A stretch of 63,046 nt of DNA, filler included, from Saprolegnia diclina VS20 (lineage: Eukaryota), in the NCBI RefSeq assembly GCF_000281045.1. It is 6 parts of 3 records of this genome, joined end to end, with 100 filler letters (N's around TTAATTAATTAA, not from the genome) between each part and the next. Parts side by side here need not be neighbours in the genome. Positions count along the whole stretch, not along the records: positions 1 to 25,653 come from NW_008246080.1; 5 more parts are not named here. The stretch is one strand, 5' to 3'. The notes under the pieces were generated by a model. It made no database searches. It was not told where the DNA came from and saw nothing but the letters and a program-made list of their open reading frames with translations. Shown here piece after piece: positions 12,037-22,797 of this stretch. The position numbers and the translations under genes were made by a program. Every line of letters begins with the position of its first letter. The stretch's first letter is position 1.

Positions 12037-12157
12037 AGTCGGTCGTTTAGTCGATTGTTGCTCGACCGATAGTCGGTAGTTAGTCGGCAGTTAGTCGGTA
12101 GTTAGTCAATCGTTAGTTGATCGATTGTCGGTCGCTAGTCGGTCGTTAGTAGGTCAC
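12037..12157. repeat. Degenerate 11-bp minisatellite (TAGTCGGTAGT-like)
   Basis: Consecutive units tagtcggtagt/tagtcggcagt/tagtcggtagt/tagtcaatcgt/tagttgatcga/ttgtcggtcgc/tagtcggtcgt between two convergent genes. Confidence 0.8.
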
Positions 12158-12427
12158 AAGGAAATCGCGAGGTAAGCTTAGTCATTTGATTTCGCAAAAA
12201 CCTATTCAGCTTTGCTACAACTAACCTAACAGCGCGTCAGAGGCCCGAAGGCGTTGCAAGCCGAGGGTCGGCGGGTCAGCGCCTCTTATTTTCGATCCGA
12301 CCATGCATTAAAGAGAGACTTGTTGGATAGTTAGTATATGCTGTCATCAATGTCAGCAAAACTAGGTGTTCTACAAGTCCGTGGGCGACTCGACCTCCCT
12401 CATAGGCCAGTATATTTTGAAACAAAA

Positions 12428-13693
12428 CTAAAAGTTATCCCGGCGCTTTTGGGACTGGCTTGAAGCCACAGCAGCTTTGGTGCGCTCGAGGTGCTGCAAC
12501 GCGGTCGCGCACGTCGCTTCGAGCGACGCAATCGTGTTGAGATTCACGCGACCGATGTTGGGACGGGTTTGCAGCGTAAAATACGGTCCGTACCTCCACA
12601 ATTCCGATTTTCGTTGACCGTACATTGGAAAGTGCGCAATTTATACCTGTCAAAGTACTCGTGCTCTGGAATCGTCGTTGGCACGTCCGCTTCGACACCG
12701 AGCAGCGTCGCTGTCACATGCGCAAACGTCCGGGCGGCATCTGGTACATTGTAGCCGCCGCCACCAAGCACCAAGAGCGGCAAATCCAGCTCTTGCACCA
12801 CTTGCACACACCACCCAACCCCCTCGGCCGTGAGGTTGAACGTGCCCAACGGATCACTACGTCGTGCAGGATATAGCGCCGAACGCAGCACAGTCGTCGT
12901 ACCTTCCGAGGGTGTCGACGCCGCACACAAGCACAAGGTGCGTCGGTGCAAAGACATCGACGGTCGTTGACGTCAGTAGCTCAAACACTTCGAGAAACTG
13001 CTCGTTTGTGATGCCATCGTCGAGCGGGACGTTGAGGTTTGTGTGTTTGCCAGGACCTGCGCCAATGCGGCTTGGCGCACCCGAGTTGGGAAAGAAGCCG
13101 CGGGCGTACTTGTGGAACGACAGGGTAAAGACGCGTGTGCTGTAGTAGTACGCCTCTTCGACGCCGTCGCCGTGGTGAACGTCCATGTCGACCACGAGCA
13201 CCTTGGCCGCCGGTGACGACTTGAGGAGGACGTCGACGGCGAGCACGACGTCGTTCACATAGCAAAAGCCACTGGCCGAAGCCTTCTTGGCATGGTGCCG
13301 CCCGCCACCCCAGTGCACGGCAACGTCGACCGGACGGGCAGGCGACGTCAGTGTCAAGAGGGTCGCCGCCGTGATGGAGCCGCCCGCAACGTAGGAGCAG
13401 TAGCGCTCGAGGCCATCGAAAGCACACGCGTCGTCTGTGAGACCAAACTCGAGCTGCTCGTCGAGCGAGAGTGTCGACGCGTTCTGGAGAGCTGCAATGT
13501 ACCGGGGCGCGTGGAAGCGGGCGAGATCGGCGTCGGTGGCTGGCGTCGGCGCCACTACGTGGAGGCGGTCGAGCAGGCGCAGGTGCTGCAGCAGCGAGAA
13601 GGTCATGACCTCGCGCTGCGGGTGCACCGGCAGGCGCGAGACCGCCTGGGCGTAGTCGCTCGAGAAGACGACCGCGACCGGCGCTGTGGCCAT
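12428..13693 (-). CDS. Class I histone deacetylase (HDAC8-like), 3 exons
   Basis: WGGGRHHAKKASASGFCYVND, DMDVHHGDGVE, SFHK..GFFP, NVPL, GVDTLG|SDPLGTFNLT (intron 12857-12902), GGGGYN and EYFDR|YGPYF. Confidence 0.93.
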
Positions 13694-14001
13694 CGGACGA
13701 GATATGGAATGGTCACTTGTGATTGGCTGGCTTGAAATGGACGTGTTTGATTGGCTGAAATCATATCCAAGCCAATGGCAGCATCTTGCATGAGGTCGAC
13801 AACCACGACGTTAACCACCAAAGTGTTCGACGCATGCATCAAGCATGCTCGTAGCGGTGTTGCAACGTACTCGACCGTGACCTAAGTCTCACTAGACTCA
13901 CTAGATCGACCGTATCCCAACCAGTGGTAGATGCAAAAGGCGGGAATGAGCTTGCAAATGCAACCTTATATGATGGTCGATATACATGCGATAATACGTC
14001 G

Positions 14002-17000
14002 CTACGGACCGGTGACAGCGACGTAGTTGCTGTTCGCAGGGGGTGCCTTGCGACGGCGGCAGCACCCTTTCTTGGTGAGCACGCGGTCGTCCTCCTTCTT
14101 CTGCTTGCTCGCAAACTGGTTGAAGATCGTCTCGAGTGACGTTTGCGCGACACTGTACTCGGCGACGCGCAGCACCGCCTTGGCGTCTTCAATGACGCCA
14201 AAGATCTGCGCCAGACTCACGTGCACCTGGATGCGGGCGAACGTGCCTTGGCGACTCAGGACGCTAAAGCGACCGTGGGCACTGGCGAGCTGGGCGAGGA
14301 GTGCGTCGTGCTGGTCCTCGGCCAGCCACCAGTTGGCAAACGTCTGAGCGTCAACGGCGCCGTCGGCCTCGAGCGCGAGCGCAAGGAGCCGGCCCGTGTC
14401 GTGGTCGAGGTCGACGAACGCCATGCGGTTGGGCTGCTTGAGGCGGGTGCACGCGGCTTCGACGTCGGCCCACGCAAGCGACGGTGGCAAGGTGGCGACA
14501 AGCATCTCGACGTCCGACGCCGTCGGCAAATGCTGCTTGATGTCGAGCACGAGCCCGTTCCCGAACCGGTGCTTGAGGTGCTGGATGCTCCCGAGGCACT
14601 CGAGCTGGCCGCTGACCATGATGCCGACGCGCGAGCACAGGGCCTCGCACTCCTCCATCGAATGGGTCGTCAGAATCACCGTCGACTCACGCTGATTCGT
14701 CGAAATGTCCGAGATGAGCTCCCACATGAAGCGACGCGAGACCGGGTCCATGCCGGTCGACGGCTCGTCGAGGATGATGATGGGCGGCGACCCGATCATC
14801 GCGATCGCCACCGACGTCTTGCGCTTGTTGCCGCCGCTGAGGTCGCCCGCCAGCACGTGCTCAAACGACTGCAGATGCAATTTGTGCAAAAGCGACGTGA
14901 CGGCGCTCGCGGCGCTGGCAACATCGAGGCCCCGAAGCGCGGCGTAGAGCTCCAAGTGTTCGCGGACCGTCATCGTGTCAAAGAGCGCATCAAACTGCGG
15001 ACAGTAGCCGACGAGGCTGCGCGACTCGGTCTGCTGGCTATAAACGTCGTAGCCAGCAAGGTACGCGGCGCCGGCCGACGGTGCGACCTGGCCCATGAGC
15101 ATCTTGAGCGTCGTCGACTTGCCGGCGCCGTTGATACCGAGGAACCCAAAGCACTCGCCCTTCGGAAGGCCCACCGAGAGGTCTTGGACGGCAAGGAATC
15201 CGTTCGCGTAGACTTTTTGGAGGCCGTGGGTGACCACCGCGTGGGCGTTGATCGACGCCTTGTCGGACGCAAGCGCAGTAATCCGGTCGTGTTCCCGCTG
15301 GACGTCGACGTCGAGCACCGATGTCGTTCCCGTTGCTTTCGCCGATGCATCCTTCTTGTGCAGCGACTTGGTCGAAACAAACTCGACGACGAGGACGAGA
15401 CATGTAAAGACGACGGCGGTCGCCGCGAGATAGAGCATGTCGTTGCCTGCAACGGCGCCGTCAAAGGCCTCGGCGCGGACAAACGTCGGCGAGCCGTCGG
15501 CGGCGACACCCGTGACGTTCTTGGCGGTTGAGATCTTGTCGAGCGCGTGGCCGGCGGCAAAGAGCGGGAAGAGACAAAAGCCCGGCGAGAGGTCCGTCTC
15601 AAACATACCGTTGAGGAGCAAATGCACGATGAAGAGGATGAGACCGGTCGCCAAGTGGAAGAGGATCGCCGTGTTCTGCGCCGACGCGTGTTCTTGCAGC
15701 AGAAACGACACGAGATACGTGTGCGGCACAAGCGCAAACCCGAGGAGACCAAAGACGACGACGACGGCATCAAACGCGTGGGCGACCGTCGACGCCGAGT
15801 TTTGAAACGCCGTGACCCCAAACGCCTGGATCATGGCGAGTGCCAAGAAAAAGAGCACGAGGTATGAACCGAGGTCCCAGATGTAGTTGGCGGCCCAGAA
15901 CAAGTGCAATTTGACGCCGGACACGAGCTGCTGGTGCTTGGCCGTGAGCTGCTTCTCCTTGATAAGGAACGTCATGGCGGCGCCCGGAAAGACAGCAAAC
16001 GCGACGAGGAAGAAGAGGTTGGCCGTGAACCCGATCGTTTGGCCCCACTGCGCAAGCCGTGCCTTGCTCCGCGCGGTCTGGGCGCGCGACGCCGGCAGCG
16101 GGTACGAAGCGACGGTAAGCGAAATGTCGTTGGTACCGGCGAGCGACCGAAGCAGCGCCTGGTCCATCTGCACCTTGTAGATGGCCGACGCGTGGTCACC
16201 GCTCGAGTTGGAAAAGACGCTGTAGCTAAACATGTTGGTGTCGGCGGCAACGACGTACGCGCCCATTTGCGCTTGCGTCGACGTCTCGTCGAGCAGCGCC
16301 TGCGCGAACCGGAGCACGGTGGCGTCGGCGCTCGAGACGTTGAACGACGGCGGCGAGTACGTCGCACCAAAGACGTTGGGGCTCGACGATGAAAAGAGCG
16401 GCGTCGAGAACGTCGGCACGTGTTTCGTCGTGACGCCCGAGAAGCGACTCAAGACTCGAGCGCAACCGCCGTCGACGTCATAGAGACAGTAGTAGGGCGC
16501 AGTCCGCGCCGGGTACTCGGTCGTCACGAGCGGAAGGCGCGGCTCAGCAGCTTCCAACGTACTGGCATAGATCAACTTCATGGTCCCAAAGCCAATCGCA
16601 AGGAGGATCGCCGGGAGCAGCACCGCGATGAAGAGCGCCTTCTTGTCCCGCTTGGCGACATGGAAGCGCTTCTTGAGAAGAGCCACCACCTGGCTCCGGC
16701 GGCCATTCACCACGGACGGTGCGTTTTCCCGGTCGGACGGCACGCCCGAGTCTTCGAGAATCGGCACAACAATGTCGCCGGGTGTCGCCGTTGCCGTCGT
16801 GACGTTGATAAAAACATCTTCGAGCGTCGTGACCGAGACACCGTACGAGGTGACGCCAACGTCGGTCATCTGCGAGTCGAGGGCGCGGAAGAGACCGGGA
16901 AACGCCGATGCGCGGGCCGTCGGCAGCTGAAACGCAACTTCGGCCGCGACGTTCGAGTGCAGCGCCGCCGACGGCACAAACGCGTGCACGAGACGCTCGA

Positions 17001-19623
17001 GATCCGAAATGTCGACGTCAGCGTGCGCCTTGACCAGCGTCAGCGTGTAGCCAGCGCCAAACCGGTTCTTCAAAAAGAGCGACGAGCCGACGCACCGGAG
17101 CGCACCGTCGGCCATGATGGCAATGCGGTCACCGAGGACGTCGGCTTCTTCCATGTAGTGCGTCGTGAGAATCATGACACGCCCCGCGCGGTTGCGCAGC
17201 AGGAGATCCCACATGCTCCGGCGACTGTACGGATCCATGCCCGACGACGGCTCATCGAGGAAGACGAGCGCACTGTCGCCAATGAGCGCGATGCCGACCG
17301 AGAGCTTGCGCTTCATACCACCCGAGAGCGCACTGGCCTTGACGTGGGCCTTGTCCGTGAGACCGACGTCGTCCAACATGGCATCGACGACGGCCATATC
17401 GAACTGGCCCTTGATGCTAGCGTAGAACGTCAAGTGCTCACGGACCGTAAGGTCGTCGTAGAGAATATCATGCTGCGGGCAAACGCCCAGGTACTTGCGG
17501 AGCGCGGCGAGATCTTTGTCCAAGTCCAAGTGCCGGAACGACGCCGACCCGGACGTCGGGCGCAGCATGCCCGTGAGCATCGAGATCGTCGTCGTCTTGC
17601 CGGCGCCGTTGTGACCAAGAAGACACGTGATCTGCCCTTCGTACATGGCCATGTGAAGGCCCTCGACCGCGACTTTGCTTTTGCCAAACGTCTTGCGGAG
17701 ACCGAGCACTTGCAGCGCACGGCCGTCGGCTTCTTGCGCCTGCAATTGCGCGTCGACGGCTTCCATGTTGCCATTCGTGGCCGTCGCCTTGGTCGACGTC
17801 GCCGTCGTGCCGATGGCCGCCGAAGCCCAGTAGTGCTTTGTGAATGGAAAGTACCACGGGTGTCCGTCGTTGAGCTGCTCGACATACGCACCCAGCAGCG
17901 TGAAGAGCACAAAGTCGACCAAGAGCATGCCAAACCCGGTGCGAAGCGAGTACTGTCGGTGTTCAAAGCTCCCGATCGCTCCGAGCGAGATGCCGGTGGC
18001 AATGTACTCGGCTTGCATGATGACTTGCATCGAAAACGTAAAGGCCGTCGGCGGCAAAAGCGACGCGACTGCCTTGATAGAAGCCGACGAATTGTCGTTG
18101 AACGCGAGCGAGACACCGGCGCAGATCAGAAAGACGAGCTGGGCGACGTTGGCGCCGGTCTTGGCCGACGCAAAGAGACTCGAGAGAAAGTACCCGAACG
18201 CAATGCACGCAAGCCCAAAGCAGACGTAGAGCAATAGCAAAACGAGAGGACTCGAAAACGTAAAGAGCGTCCAGCACCCGACGCCCATCTGGAGCAACGC
18301 GCCAAGGAAGAGCACGATGCCGTACGTCATGTACCACGTCATGACGAGCGCCGTCGGCGAGAGCCCGAGCGCCTGCATGTACGACTTGGCGCGCGTCTCT
18401 TTCTCGAGCACCAAGCTCGTCACGAGGCGGCCAAACACGAGCACGGAAAAGACGAGGAACGTCACCGGCAGAAACATCGGCATCGTCGACCGGTCGCCGC
18501 CCAGGAACCACTGCTCCGTGATGCCGCGCCCCGGCATGTCGAGGCCGGCACCGAGCACATGCGGTTGCGGCTGCAAGCGCAGCGGCGCGAGCAATGTTGT
18601 CGTCGTCGTCGACGGGAGCGACGACCAGTTTTGCGGCACAAGCGACTTGCCGTTCTGGCGCAAGCTCGAGAGCGCGTCCACCCATACATCCTTGTTGGTG
18701 GCATCGAGCGATGCCGGGCCAACTGCGGTCGGTTGCTGGCATTGACCCGTCGTCGTTTGGTTCGATGCATGCCAGTCGGGGCGGCACGTCGCAAAGCGCG
18801 TGATGAGCGTCTGCAGTGTGAAGAAACCGCGCTCCGTGTACGTATTGCGGGCCGTCGACGACACGTAGGTCCGGTACGGGAAGTAACTGCCGGTTGTCGT
18901 CGGGACCGCACTCGCACCGTCGCCGTAGTTGTTGACGGGGAAGCGCAGGTTGTAGCTGAGCGACACGGGCGTTCCAATGGCCGCGTCTTTCGGCGCGTCC
19001 GCAAACACAATGGCCGCGGCCACGATCGGGTCGTACGAGTTGGCGTTGAGCGCAGCGCCATTCGCGTCCGTCTGGTTACCGTAGTTGCTGCCTTGAATGT
19101 ACGCCTCGAGCGCTGTTTCCGAAGGGAAAAACACCACGGACGCGTCCGAGAGACCCGGCAGCGTCACCGACCCGTTCGTCGACAGTGGGACGCTCACCGA
19201 CGGGTACCACTGCTTGAGCGCCCCGAAAAAGTACTTGCGCGTGAACGCCGTATCGGGTACGATCGCAAGCTGCGGCGGGCGACACGCGACCGACGGCTTC
19301 GGTGCAGAGAGGAGAAGGTGATTCTTGCATTCTTGCGAGAGCAGCGTGGCGTCGTACGAGTACGAGTAGTACGAACCATCGTTGTACCACTTGTAGAGGA
19401 GCGCTTGCACCGGCGGTTCCCGAGCGCTGTGGGTGCCAAAGAGCGTACTGCCATCGTACCCGGGCTTGGTGACCTTAAGCGGATCGCCGCCGTCGAAATT
19501 CGACTTGAGAAGCGACAAGAGGATCAAAAACACCGTCGGGAGCACAATCTCAAAGAAGACAGCGATCGGATGCCGCCGCTTGAGCGCCCAGTTCTTGCGC
19601 AGGAGCGGCCCAAGGTGCGTCAT
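14002..19623 (-). CDS. Full-size ABCA-family transporter (TMD-NBD-TMD-NBD), single exon
   Basis: Start MTHLGPLLRKNWALKRR. Walker A GHNGAGKTT and GINGAGKST, signatures LSGGMKRKLS and LSGGNKRK, LDEPS motifs, and C-terminal YSVAQTSLETIF. Confidence 0.97.
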   Translation of the reverse strand: MTHLGPLLRKNWALKRRHPIAVFFEIVLPTVFLILLSLLKSNFDGGDPLKVTKPGYDGSTLFGTHSAREPPVQALLYKWYNDGSYYSYSYDATLLSQECKNHLLLSAPKPSVACRPPQLAIVPDTAFTRKYFFGALKQWYPSVSVPLSTNGSVTLPGLSDASVVFFPSETALEAYIQGSNYGNQTDANGAALNANSYDPIVAAAIVFADAPKDAAIGTPVSLSYNLRFPVNNYGDGASAVPTTTGSYFPYRTYVSSTARNTYTERGFFTLQTLITRFATCRPDWHASNQTTTGQCQQPTAVGPASLDATNKDVWVDALSSLRQNGKSLVPQNWSSLPSTTTTTLLAPLRLQPQPHVLGAGLDMPGRGITEQWFLGGDRSTMPMFLPVTFLVFSVLVFGRLVTSLVLEKETRAKSYMQALGLSPTALVMTWYMTYGIVLFLGALLQMGVGCWTLFTFSSPLVLLLLYVCFGLACIAFGYFLSSLFASAKTGANVAQLVFLICAGVSLAFNDNSSASIKAVASLLPPTAFTFSMQVIMQAEYIATGISLGAIGSFEHRQYSLRTGFGMLLVDFVLFTLLGAYVEQLNDGHPWYFPFTKHYWASAAIGTTATSTKATATNGNMEAVDAQLQAQEADGRALQVLGLRKTFGKSKVAVEGLHMAMYEGQITCLLGHNGAGKTTTISMLTGMLRPTSGSASFRHLDLDKDLAALRKYLGVCPQHDILYDDLTVREHLTFYASIKGQFDMAVVDAMLDDVGLTDKAHVKASALSGGMKRKLSVGIALIGDSALVFLDEPSSGMDPYSRRSMWDLLLRNRAGRVMILTTHYMEEADVLGDRIAIMADGALRCVGSSLFLKNRFGAGYTLTLVKAHADVDISDLERLVHAFVPSAALHSNVAAEVAFQLPTARASAFPGLFRALDSQMTDVGVTSYGVSVTTLEDVFINVTTATATPGDIVVPILEDSGVPSDRENAPSVVNGRRSQVVALLKKRFHVAKRDKKALFIAVLLPAILLAIGFGTMKLIYASTLEAAEPRLPLVTTEYPARTAPYYCLYDVDGGCARVLSRFSGVTTKHVPTFSTPLFSSSSPNVFGATYSPPSFNVSSADATVLRFAQALLDETSTQAQMGAYVVAADTNMFSYSVFSNSSGDHASAIYKVQMDQALLRSLAGTNDISLTVASYPLPASRAQTARSKARLAQWGQTIGFTANLFFLVAFAVFPGAAMTFLIKEKQLTAKHQQLVSGVKLHLFWAANYIWDLGSYLVLFFLALAMIQAFGVTAFQNSASTVAHAFDAVVVVFGLLGFALVPHTYLVSFLLQEHASAQNTAILFHLATGLILFIVHLLLNGMFETDLSPGFCLFPLFAAGHALDKISTAKNVTGVAADGSPTFVRAEAFDGAVAGNDMLYLAATAVVFTCLVLVVEFVSTKSLHKKDASAKATGTTSVLDVDVQREHDRITALASDKASINAHAVVTHGLQKVYANGFLAVQDLSVGLPKGECFGFLGINGAGKSTTLKMLMGQVAPSAGAAYLAGYDVYSQQTESRSLVGYCPQFDALFDTMTVREHLELYAALRGLDVASAASAVTSLLHKLHLQSFEHVLAGDLSGGNKRKTSVAIAMIGSPPIIILDEPSTGMDPVSRRFMWELISDISTNQRESTVILTTHSMEECEALCSRVGIMVSGQLECLGSIQHLKHRFGNGLVLDIKQHLPTASDVEMLVATLPPSLAWADVEAACTRLKQPNRMAFVDLDHDTGRLLALALEADGAVDAQTFANWWLAEDQHDALLAQLASAHGRFSVLSRQGTFARIQVHVSLAQIFGVIEDAKAVLRVAEYSVAQTSLETIFNQFASKQKKEDDRVLTKKGCCRRRKAPPANSNYVAVTGP

Positions 19624-20639
19624 GGACGAGGCAAATTGAATTATAACGTCACGAGTGCTAACGTGCCAAGCATTACACGGTGCTGTCCACGATTGCGGCG
19701 GCGGCAGAGGCTGTTGGACACGGAGTGATGGTGATGGACAGCGGAATGTATGTAAGAGTAACTGTACACGTCCAACATCTGCTCGGTATGTAGACCAAAG
19801 TGGTGACCTTTCTATGCCCATGAAATAGGCTATGGACCCGATGAAGGAGAAGGCTTGAAGAAGCAGCGTACGACCGTTTGTCGCTGTCATCGAGGCTTGG
19901 AGCGACGTGAGTTGCGTCGTCTGAGCATACTAGAACGCGATTGTTTAGCGATTTGAGAAAAGCGCCACCGAGCCAGCGCTAAAAACCCGATGACATGACC
20001 ACGCGACACGGGTGATTACTGTACTAGTACGGTGTCTGCACTAGGTCTAGCAAAACTGCACTGGTATGGTTGGATTCATTAGTATGGATGGTGTGCTACT
20101 CTAGTAGCTTGTGCGTGATGGCGACTGTCCAATTACATTTGCACGGAACGCAAGTTGAACAAGGCATGCAACAGATATCGCAGCGGTGGCCATGATTCAC
20201 AAGCAGTTCAATTTGTACCTACATGATTTCATAAAACGAATTACACTGTACGACCAGACGCCATGGCCAGACGCAACAAATCTTTTCACAACGGCCCACA
20301 GATTCGTCCACGCCGTTGTTTCTAGCGGTGGTAAAAGGAGGTTCTCGATCGTCTATCGTCGATGTGTGCATGGTCAACATGGACTACAAGAACACTGATG
20401 CGCATTTACTGGAGCTCGGCATCTGGTACCCGACAAGCTGGCGCTAGTAGCTTGGCGGCAAATTTGTGTCAACCGCCTGGTCCACAGAACCTGCTGCTGT
20501 GAGAAACAACCAGCCCGAGGGATAGATCCGTAGCCAAGATACACTAGTGTCACCCAAGTGTGGGGCAATGCTGCGCGCAAACACCTCGCCCGAGCATTCG
20601 ACAACAAATCCATGTATATTAGGTACACAGTCCACACTA

Positions 20640-22797
20640 TTAGATGCAGCGGCCGACTTCTTCGATTTCAATCTCTGCGATACGTCCTTTGCGCGCCCGT
20701 TTGAGGACCTTGAACTGCGTGCCGGGCGCGAGGAGGCACTCCTTTTCGTTCGGGTACATGGAGAGCACTGAGATGTCCATCGCCGTCGTGCACCGGACGC
20801 TCAGGAGCGTGCAGCTGCCACCGCAACTGTTCATGAAGCCACGGGCCACGTTCTCGTCCGACGTCGTGCTGCTGACGCCCCACCACGTAATGACCTTGCC
20901 TTCCTCGTATTGGTCGAAAAGGTCGACGCTGATCTACACCAGAGGTCTATGAGCCTCCGTGATACATAGACACGTGTATGTACCCCACGCCAGAGCACTT
21001 GCGACTTCTTGGGCATGTAGTTCATGGCCTCCATAAAGAGGCGCAGATACTTGAAATAGCGCTTGACCGCTGCCCGGTTCTCCGATCTGCACAAATGTGA
21101 GTGAAATAAGTAATCACTTGTAGCAGGGACATACCGGAGGGCATTGTTGAGCTCCGCGTAGATCCAGTTGCCCGTGTACAGCACGATCGAGCCATAGAGG
21201 TCCTAGCACAATTCAACTGTGAGCCACAGAGCCCTATCGCATATGGACGACGCACCTTGTCCATGGGCTTGACCGGCGCACCAGCGTTCGATACCACGAG
21301 CTGTTGGCCCCGGCTTTGGCACTGCTTGACGGCGCTCGCGTGACAAATACCGGCGGCCGCAATCCCGAGGTTCTCGGGCTTCGGTAAGTCCATAAGCCCT
21401 TCAATCGGCGCCAAGTGCGTCTGCTCTTCCATGTCATCAAAGCCCATGCGCAGCCAAAAGTCTAAAGCATCGCCGACATGAGAGAGAAGTCAACCAGCAA
21501 GTGGCCGCGTACCAAGGAGCGCTTCCTTTTCTTCGACGAGCGCGAGCGTGTTGAGCGGTGGCGGTCGTTGCCGGCCCGACAACGTCGGAACCAGCGAGTA
21601 GTACTGCCCCGAGAGCTGCGTAATGAGCGCAGACGATGGCTTTCCCGTCAACGACGTCTTGAGCTGGGCAAGGACCGCCTGGCCCTTCTCAATCTGTGCC
21701 GCCGACAGCTTGCCCATGGCCGCATCCGAGTCGCCGCCACCTATTACACGCTTTCTGTAGGAAGACAAAAGGAATTTGGGCTGCGTACCGTCGCCCGTCT
21801 CGGACGCGTCGAGCTCGACGAGTTGGTACTGCAGGTCGTACTTGACAAACGCATGGCGCTGGTGCCAGTCGTTCTTGGTCTTGTCGCGGAACTTCTTCTC
21901 AAAGAGCGCAATCGCCTTGTCGACGTCGCGCCCAAAGCCCTTGAGGTTTTGCTGGCCGGCCTCGCCGAGGCGGCCCCAGCGCGTAAAGACGTGGAAGGTC
22001 GAGTCGGCCGTCGCTTGGAGCAGCTGGATGATGTAAAACTTGTTGTTGTTGTGGCCAATGTTGGTCTGCATGAGGTCCGTCGAGTAGTCGTCGAAAATCT
22101 CAAACTTTTCGCGCGTTGACAAGTGCTTGTCGGGCCGACGCGCCCCGCGACGTTCGCCCAAGGCCGGCGGGGGATCGCTCGTCTCACCCTTGACGGCCTC
22201 AGGCTTGACCTCTTCCGCTTTAGGCTTCTTTGCGGGCGGAGCAGCTTCGTCCTTGGCCGCGCGCTTCTTCTTGGCCGCTGGCTTTTCTTCAAACTCGTCC
22301 TTCACGACCACCGACGCGGGCGCGGCGCCCGAGAGCGCAGCCACGAGCTGCGCTTCGGTCCAGATGACTACCCCTTGCGCAGCCGCGGTCTGTGTCTTCT
22401 TGCCTTCGGTACCGTCCGCTGCAACGAGGATCGACGTCTTCTTCGTGACCGTCGACGACACGGTTCCGCCGGCCTCGACGATTTGCGCAGTCGCGTCCGC
22501 CCGGGTCATGGTCGCGAGCTTCCCCGAGAGCGCGACGACCTGGCCCTCCAATGCCGAGGCCGCCTTTCCGTCCAGCGCCTGGACAAGAGCATCTTCCATA
22601 CAGATCTTGATTCCGGCAGCGACCGCGTCCTTGTACTTCTTGCTCTCGTCGCCCGCGGTCGTCACGAGGAGCGTCGTCGCCTTGGTCACCGAGGACGAGA
22701 CCGACCCGCCCGCGGCCTGGATACGCTTGGTGGCCTCGGCCCGGGTCATCGTCTCGAACTTGCCCGAGAGCGCGACTACTTCACCGGTCAATGGCAT
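20640..22797 (-). CDS. BRCT-BRCT-WGR-partial PARP helical domain fused to an R-S-ExE ADP-ribosyltransferase domain; exons 22797-21789, 21740-21513, 21461-21256, 21202-21135, 21086-20984, 20933-20640 (1908 nt, 635 aa)
   Basis: All five introns are GT-AG and keep the frame. Two BRCTs (VALSGK..MTRA.A...I..AGG.VSS.VTK), WGR (NKFYIIQLL..VFTRWGRLG..FEKKFRDKT), HD (MGKLSAAQI..LSGQYYSLVP..PPPL), then LYTG..YAELNNALR, LWRG, WWGVSSTT and YPNEKECLLAPGTQFKV. Confidence 0.9.

Noticed and set aside
14143..19728. Several long plus-strand ORFs (462, 605 and 389 aa)
   Set aside because: Antisense shadows of the ABCA gene.
19624..19890. 89-aa N-terminal extension of the ABCA ORF
   Set aside because: The ABCA-typical N-terminus (LLRKNW) begins just after ATG 19623, and the extension lacks coding bias. 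Probably UTR or promoter.
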